DNA from: a virus
Virus record (IMG/VR): IMGVR_UViG_3300031456_000010
Coordinates: 1-41,778 of that record
Direction: 5' to 3' (one strand)
Length of the DNA: 41,778 nucleotides
How positions within the stretch are numbered: the first letter of the stretch is position 1; each line of letters begins with the position of its first letter. The notes under the pieces were generated by a model, which did no database searches, was not told the DNA's origin, and saw only the letters and a list, made by a program, of their open reading frames with translations. Position numbers and translations under genes: made by a program. Shown one piece after another: positions 37,848 to 41,778 of this stretch.

Positions 37848-39488
37848 ATGCCATTTCCGATTAGTGGCCCTCGAGGCATGCGGCCGGCGAGGCTGCTGCA
37901 GCCATCGCCGCAGATGACTCAGTGCGACAAGGTGCCCGCGCCGATTGCGGGCATCAATGCGGTCACGAACATCGCTGAAATGGGCCCTAACGATGCGGTG
38001 TCGTTGTTCAATATGATCCCCTCGCGATACGGCTGCAAAATCCGCACAGGCTATGCAGAGTGGTGCACGAATGTCGGTACCGGGGGCGTGAAAACGATCA
38101 TCCCATTCACGGGATCGATTGCGATTGAGGATCGACTCTTTGCTTGCGCAGGCAACGGCATTTACGAAGTCTCGGCTAGCTCTGCGGCGCCGAGCTTGAT
38201 TGAGACGTTTCCAACGGTTGACGCCACATCGGGCTACGGCGGCTGGACGAACTTTACAACGATCGCGGGCCGTTTCTCGCTCTACACAGATGAGTCGAAT
38301 GGCTACTACATTTGGAATGAATCAACGGATGACTGGACCAAAACAGCGGCTGGAGCCGCGGCCGGTCAGATTGATGGTGTTGACCCGGCAGAGTTTGTCG
38401 GGGTCACGATCTATAAAAGTCGTGCCTGGTTTGTTCGGAAAAACTCAGCCGTGGCCTACTATCTTCCAGTTGGGCTCATCACAGGTCGGGTAACGGAATT
38501 CAACTTCGGCAACAAGTTTAAGCAAGGCGGAAACCTCGCCGCGCTGTATACCTGGACGGTTGACGGTGGCGCGGGCATTAACTCATTTCTCGTTGCGATC
38601 TCAACGTCAGGCGATGTGGTGGTGTACCAAGGAGATGACCCTGATGTTCCCGGTAACTTCATTGAACGCGGAAATTGGTTCATCGGGCAACCCCCCGCAG
38701 GGCGGCGTCTGGCCGGTGCTTTCGGTGGCGAGCTGTACTTGCTATCGACATATGGACTACTCCCGATGTCGAAGCTCATCTCGGGTGCTTTGGTGCAGCA
38801 GAATGACATCTACCTGACGCGCAAAATCACGCCGCTAATCAACGATGAGATGCAGCTCTCACTAGACGATCTGGGCTGGGAAGTGCGGTTGGTTCCGAAC
38901 GAGAACCTGATTCTTGTGGCGGTGCCTAAGCAGGTTGGACTTGAATCGAAACAGTTTGTACAGAGCATTAATTCAGAAGGTTGGGCGATCTACCGCAGCA
39001 TTCCCTACTTTACGGGCGATACGTGGCACTCTCAGTACTACATTGGCACAGACGATAATCGAGTCCTCCTTCATACGGGAAGCTTAGACGGTGTGCTTCT
39101 TGCTGATCCGGACGCGGCGACTCAGGTTGAGTGGTCTGGGATTATGGGATTTCGAGACTACGGCGCGCCCGGTACGTTCAATCGGACACAGTTTATTCGC
39201 CCTGTGTTTATGGCGGAGCAGGCACCAAGTTACAACGTAGAGGCGCGCTATGACTACAACATCGCGGAGGCGACTGCGCCGCCCGATGCTTCGCCGACAA
39301 GCGGTGCGTTGTGGGACGCAGCGATTTGGGATGTTGATTTGTGGGGCGGCGACTTCCAGATTATCGATAATCTACGAGGGGGGTCTGGAATCGGCCGTGC
39401 GATCGCGATCGCGATCAATGGTCGCTCAGCAAGTAAAACGACGCTCCTACGCTTTGATGTCATGACGGACGGTGGATGGCAGCTTTAA
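37848..39488 (+). CDS. Putative tail tubular B / nozzle-like protein (546 aa)
   Basis: Large beta-rich ORF directly after the previous gene (stop TAA then ATG). Confidence 0.75.
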   Translation: MPFPISGPRGMRPARLLQPSPQMTQCDKVPAPIAGINAVTNIAEMGPNDAVSLFNMIPSRYGCKIRTGYAEWCTNVGTGGVKTIIPFTGSIAIEDRLFACAGNGIYEVSASSAAPSLIETFPTVDATSGYGGWTNFTTIAGRFSLYTDESNGYYIWNESTDDWTKTAAGAAAGQIDGVDPAEFVGVTIYKSRAWFVRKNSAVAYYLPVGLITGRVTEFNFGNKFKQGGNLAALYTWTVDGGAGINSFLVAISTSGDVVVYQGDDPDVPGNFIERGNWFIGQPPAGRRLAGAFGGELYLLSTYGLLPMSKLISGALVQQNDIYLTRKITPLINDEMQLSLDDLGWEVRLVPNENLILVAVPKQVGLESKQFVQSINSEGWAIYRSIPYFTGDTWHSQYYIGTDDNRVLLHTGSLDGVLLADPDAATQVEWSGIMGFRDYGAPGTFNRTQFIRPVFMAEQAPSYNVEARYDYNIAEATAPPDASPTSGALWDAAIWDVDLWGGDFQIIDNLRGGSGIGRAIAIAINGRSASKTTLLRFDVMTDGGWQL

Positions 39489-39914
39489 ATGATCCGGGCG
39501 GCAACTTATGACGAAATTACTCAGGCTTCCAAAGCTATGGGCTACCATCCGAGCGGATGCGTCAAGGGAGTGGCATTTCTGGAAGCGCAATCCGTTAGCG
39601 CTTGTGTCCTTTTCGATCATTGGACTCCTCATGCTGTTCAAGTGCACGTATACGCACCCTCTTTAGGGGCGCTTTTCTCTCCAGTCTATCTCCGTGAGCT
39701 GTTTCACTACGCCTTTGTGTCGGCGGGCCGGGGCCTTCTGGTTGCGGTGACTCCGGCCAATCAAAAAGGCTCTTTGGCAGTTAGTGCATGGCTCGGCTTT
39801 AAAGAAACGTATCGAATTAAAGAGGGTTGGGCGCAAGGCGTCGATATGGTTGTGAAAGAGCTGCGTATTGCAGATTGCCGTTATCTTAGGCAGGCTGTAC
39901 AGTTAGCCAGCTGA
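39489..39914 (+). CDS. GNAT-like acetyltransferase-fold protein (141 aa)
   Basis: The C-terminal LAVSAWLGFKETYRIKEGW pattern resembles the GNAT beta-alpha-beta core. Embedded in the tail module. Confidence 0.6.
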   Translation: MIRAATYDEITQASKAMGYHPSGCVKGVAFLEAQSVSACVLFDHWTPHAVQVHVYAPSLGALFSPVYLRELFHYAFVSAGRGLLVAVTPANQKGSLAVSAWLGFKETYRIKEGWAQGVDMVVKELRIADCRYLRQAVQLAS

Positions 39915-39976
39915 CGGATGTACTCTCTATAAGAGCGGCTCACCGTGGCGTTCATTCTTGAACCCGTAAGTGAGTC

Positions 39977-41134
39977 ATGTCAAAAGACGTTCCCGAAGCT
40001 CCCGACTATACCGGCGCGGCTGAAGCACAGGCAGCTAGTTCCCGTGAAGTGACGGAGCAGCAGACCTGGGCCAATCGACCTAATCAGGTCACCCCTTTCG
40101 GTAATCAGACGTGGCAAAGCACGCCAACGCGTGACCCGACGACAGGTCAGACCCTGAATCGTTGGACTCAAACGACGACGCTCGACCCCGATATGCAGTC
40201 GGCGCTGGATGACCAGCAGCGGCTGCAGGCTCAGCGCTCAGGGTTGGCCGGTAGTCTCTATGGGCGGGTCGCCGATGAATACAGCCAAGCGCCCAACTAC
40301 AGTAACTACGAACAGCTCGGTCAGACCCCGCAAGCGATGTCGTTTGGAGGCGGTGAGAAGTACTCCCAAGATGCGGAGGATGCGCTTTACGGTCGGTTTG
40401 AGTCGCGTAACGAGCCGCAATTTGCGCGCGCATCCGAGGCGAAGCGAACCCAGCTTTACAACATGGGCTTGAAAGAAGGAGACGAAGCCTATGACCGTGC
40501 GATGGGCGATCTCTCGACCGAACAGCAAGATGCGCGGCTGCAGGCGCAGTATCAGTCGACAATTGGCGCCGGGGCCGAAGCTGCTCGCATGCAGGGCATG
40601 GATATTTCGGCTGGTCAGGCTGGATACGGACAGCAAATGCAGTCTGCGAACTATCAAAATCAGCTACGGCAGCAGCAGATTGCCGAGGATATGCAGAGGC
40701 GTGGGTACTCGCTTAACGAGATCAATGCGATTCTGACGGGCCAGCAAGTGGGCATGCCCACTATGCCGAGCTTTAACCAAGCTCAGCGTTCCGATGCGAC
40801 GCAGTACTCGCAAGCCGCGCAGCAGACGGGGCAGGCTAATTTGGATGCGTTTAATGCTTCTCAGGCGGGTATCAATGCAGCGATCGGCGGCGTCTCTGGC
40901 TTAGCGGGCGGCGCGATGGCCTTCTCGCGGACGCCGTACAAAGATCACTACTTCATTGGGCGCAACAAAGAGGGAAGGAAAGTTCACCTTTACAGATACA
41001 CATGGGACGCAGAGCCGATGCCGTTTCGCGCTGGAATTATGATCGAAGAAAATCCTGACTTAGTTGTCTACACCGAGCCGGTGACGGGTAAGCAGCAAAT
41101 TGACTACTCCCGTATTGACCTTGAGGTGGTGTGA
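39977..41134 (+). CDS. Gln-rich internal virion / ejection protein (385 aa)
   Basis: Long ORF, Gln/Ala/Gly-rich, with a globular C-terminal ~70 aa. Confidence 0.8.
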   Translation: MSKDVPEAPDYTGAAEAQAASSREVTEQQTWANRPNQVTPFGNQTWQSTPTRDPTTGQTLNRWTQTTTLDPDMQSALDDQQRLQAQRSGLAGSLYGRVADEYSQAPNYSNYEQLGQTPQAMSFGGGEKYSQDAEDALYGRFESRNEPQFARASEAKRTQLYNMGLKEGDEAYDRAMGDLSTEQQDARLQAQYQSTIGAGAEAARMQGMDISAGQAGYGQQMQSANYQNQLRQQQIAEDMQRRGYSLNEINAILTGQQVGMPTMPSFNQAQRSDATQYSQAAQQTGQANLDAFNASQAGINAAIGGVSGLAGGAMAFSRTPYKDHYFIGRNKEGRKVHLYRYTWDAEPMPFRAGIMIEENPDLVVYTEPVTGKQQIDYSRIDLEVV

Positions 41135-41532
41135 TGGATGAGCTGAGCATGCAGGAGCTGAGTGACGAGGATCTGGCGAAGCTCGTTGAACTGGGGCAGA
41201 TCCCAGAGCAGCAAGCGGCCTTGCTCAAGCAGCAAAAGCAGGCGCAGATGCTCCAGCAGCGCCAGTCGCCGCAGATGTATGGCAACGATCGAGTGCAGGT
41301 CGCAGCAAGTCCGCTTGAGGCGATTGGTGGCCTGATGCAGCAGTATGCGGGGCAGCGTAAAGAGAAAGACGTGATGTCGAAGATGGATGCGCTGCAGAAA
41401 CAGCAGCTGCAGGGTCGACAGCTCTACGCAAACAAAATGATGGACACGCCTTATCGTCGCGCAACGCAGCCGTTTATGCAGCAACAGCGAGTAGATCCTA
41501 ACAATGTGCCGATGCCGGCGATGAGTTTCTAA
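41131..41532 (+). CDS. Gln-rich internal virion protein (133 aa)
   Basis: GTG 41131 forms a GTGA overlap with the upstream stop (in-frame ATG 41134 is an alternative). Confidence 0.7.
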   Translation: MMDELSMQELSDEDLAKLVELGQIPEQQAALLKQQKQAQMLQQRQSPQMYGNDRVQVAASPLEAIGGLMQQYAGQRKEKDVMSKMDALQKQQLQGRQLYANKMMDTPYRRATQPFMQQQRVDPNNVPMPAMSF

Positions 41533-41536
41533 GCCT

Positions 41537-41778
41537 ATGGCTGGAAGTGATCTCTATAGCGCGCTGATTGGCGCGCCCGTAGATAGCGCGGAGAAACAGG
41601 CAGCGCTTGCGGATCTTCTGCGCCGCAAGTCTGCGTTTGCCAGCGTCGCGCAGCTTTCGGGGGATCCCACACTGGCCCCTATGGGGCAGGCTCAGTCTGA
41701 GCAAGCCGGACAGCAGGCGAACCAGCTTCGGCAAGGTGCGCAGAATCAGCAGCAAGCGCTGTTCCAAAAGACGCAGGA
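41537..41778 (+). CDS. 5' portion of the wrap-around ORF (continues at base 128 / ends at 716)
   Basis: ATG 41537 is open to the window end. The frame matches 1..716 once the 127-bp overlap is collapsed. Confidence 0.8.
   Translation, partial: MAGSDLYSALIGAPVDSAEKQAALADLLRRKSAFASVAQLSGDPTLAPMGQAQSEQAGQQANQLRQGAQNQQQALFQKTQ
41652..41778. repeat. Terminal overlap copy 2 (identical to 1..127)
   Basis: Direct comparison. Confidence 0.95.

Noticed and set aside
39918-39926. Shared 9-mer ATGTACTCT (also at 35920-35928, with GGATGTAGTTCTC at 34060-34072) as a late promoter element
   Set aside because: The 35920 copy lies immediately upstream of a terminator hairpin, which is incompatible with a promoter role. 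The three flanks do not align beyond the core. Chance or another role cannot be separated by eye.

Overview
The window is a complete phage genome. Bases 1-127 are identical to 41652-41778, so the unique length is 41651 bp, and one ORF (ATG 41537) reads in frame across the junction to the stop at 716. It is a tailed dsDNA phage with podovirus-like gene order; I saw no tape measure, sheath or tail tube gene.

The rightward late block runs 26949 -> end -> wraps -> 5853. It holds a TerS-like gene, TerL, an unusual 451-aa beta-rich ORF, portal, scaffold-like protein, major capsid protein, a decoration-like protein, tail-tubular-like proteins and a GNAT-like protein. These are followed by four Gln/Ala-rich internal virion proteins, the tail fiber, a DUF4329/MPN-like protein and a lysis cassette. 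The cassette comprises a 57-aa holin missed by the 60-aa ORF track, an SLT-type endolysin, a lipoprotein-like protein and overlapped i-/o-spanins.

Two leftward early/replication blocks (24578 -> 18970 and 16685 -> 5813) are built from genes chained by ATGA/GTGA stop-start overlaps. They encode an ECF-type sigma factor, a family A DNA polymerase, an SNF2 helicase, a VRR-NUC nuclease and a Cas4-like PD-(D/E)XK nuclease. They also carry a putative SSB-like protein, two secreted proteins arranged as terminator/promoter-bounded morons, and several hydrophobic micro-ORFs. A Toprim+VirE primase-helicase (16956..18953) is inverted between the two blocks. A small two-TM peptide gene (22259..22447) also lies antisense inside the early block.

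An AT-rich 0.8-kb non-coding region (24579-25360) carries four phased 20-bp iterons, a perfect 36-bp palindrome, six TAACTTA boxes and further palindromes. This resembles the lambda-ori layout. A leftward cassette with two HNH-type genes (25757-26892) sits just upstream of the terminase genes.

I recognised no rRNA, tRNA, CRISPR array, integrase, repressor or phage RNA polymerase. The most promising lead is the phage ECF sigma factor together with candidate cognate AAC-N16-CGT promoters, two of which share the 9-mer GACGCTGTC.

All functional calls rest on motifs read by eye and on gene order. No database search was run.
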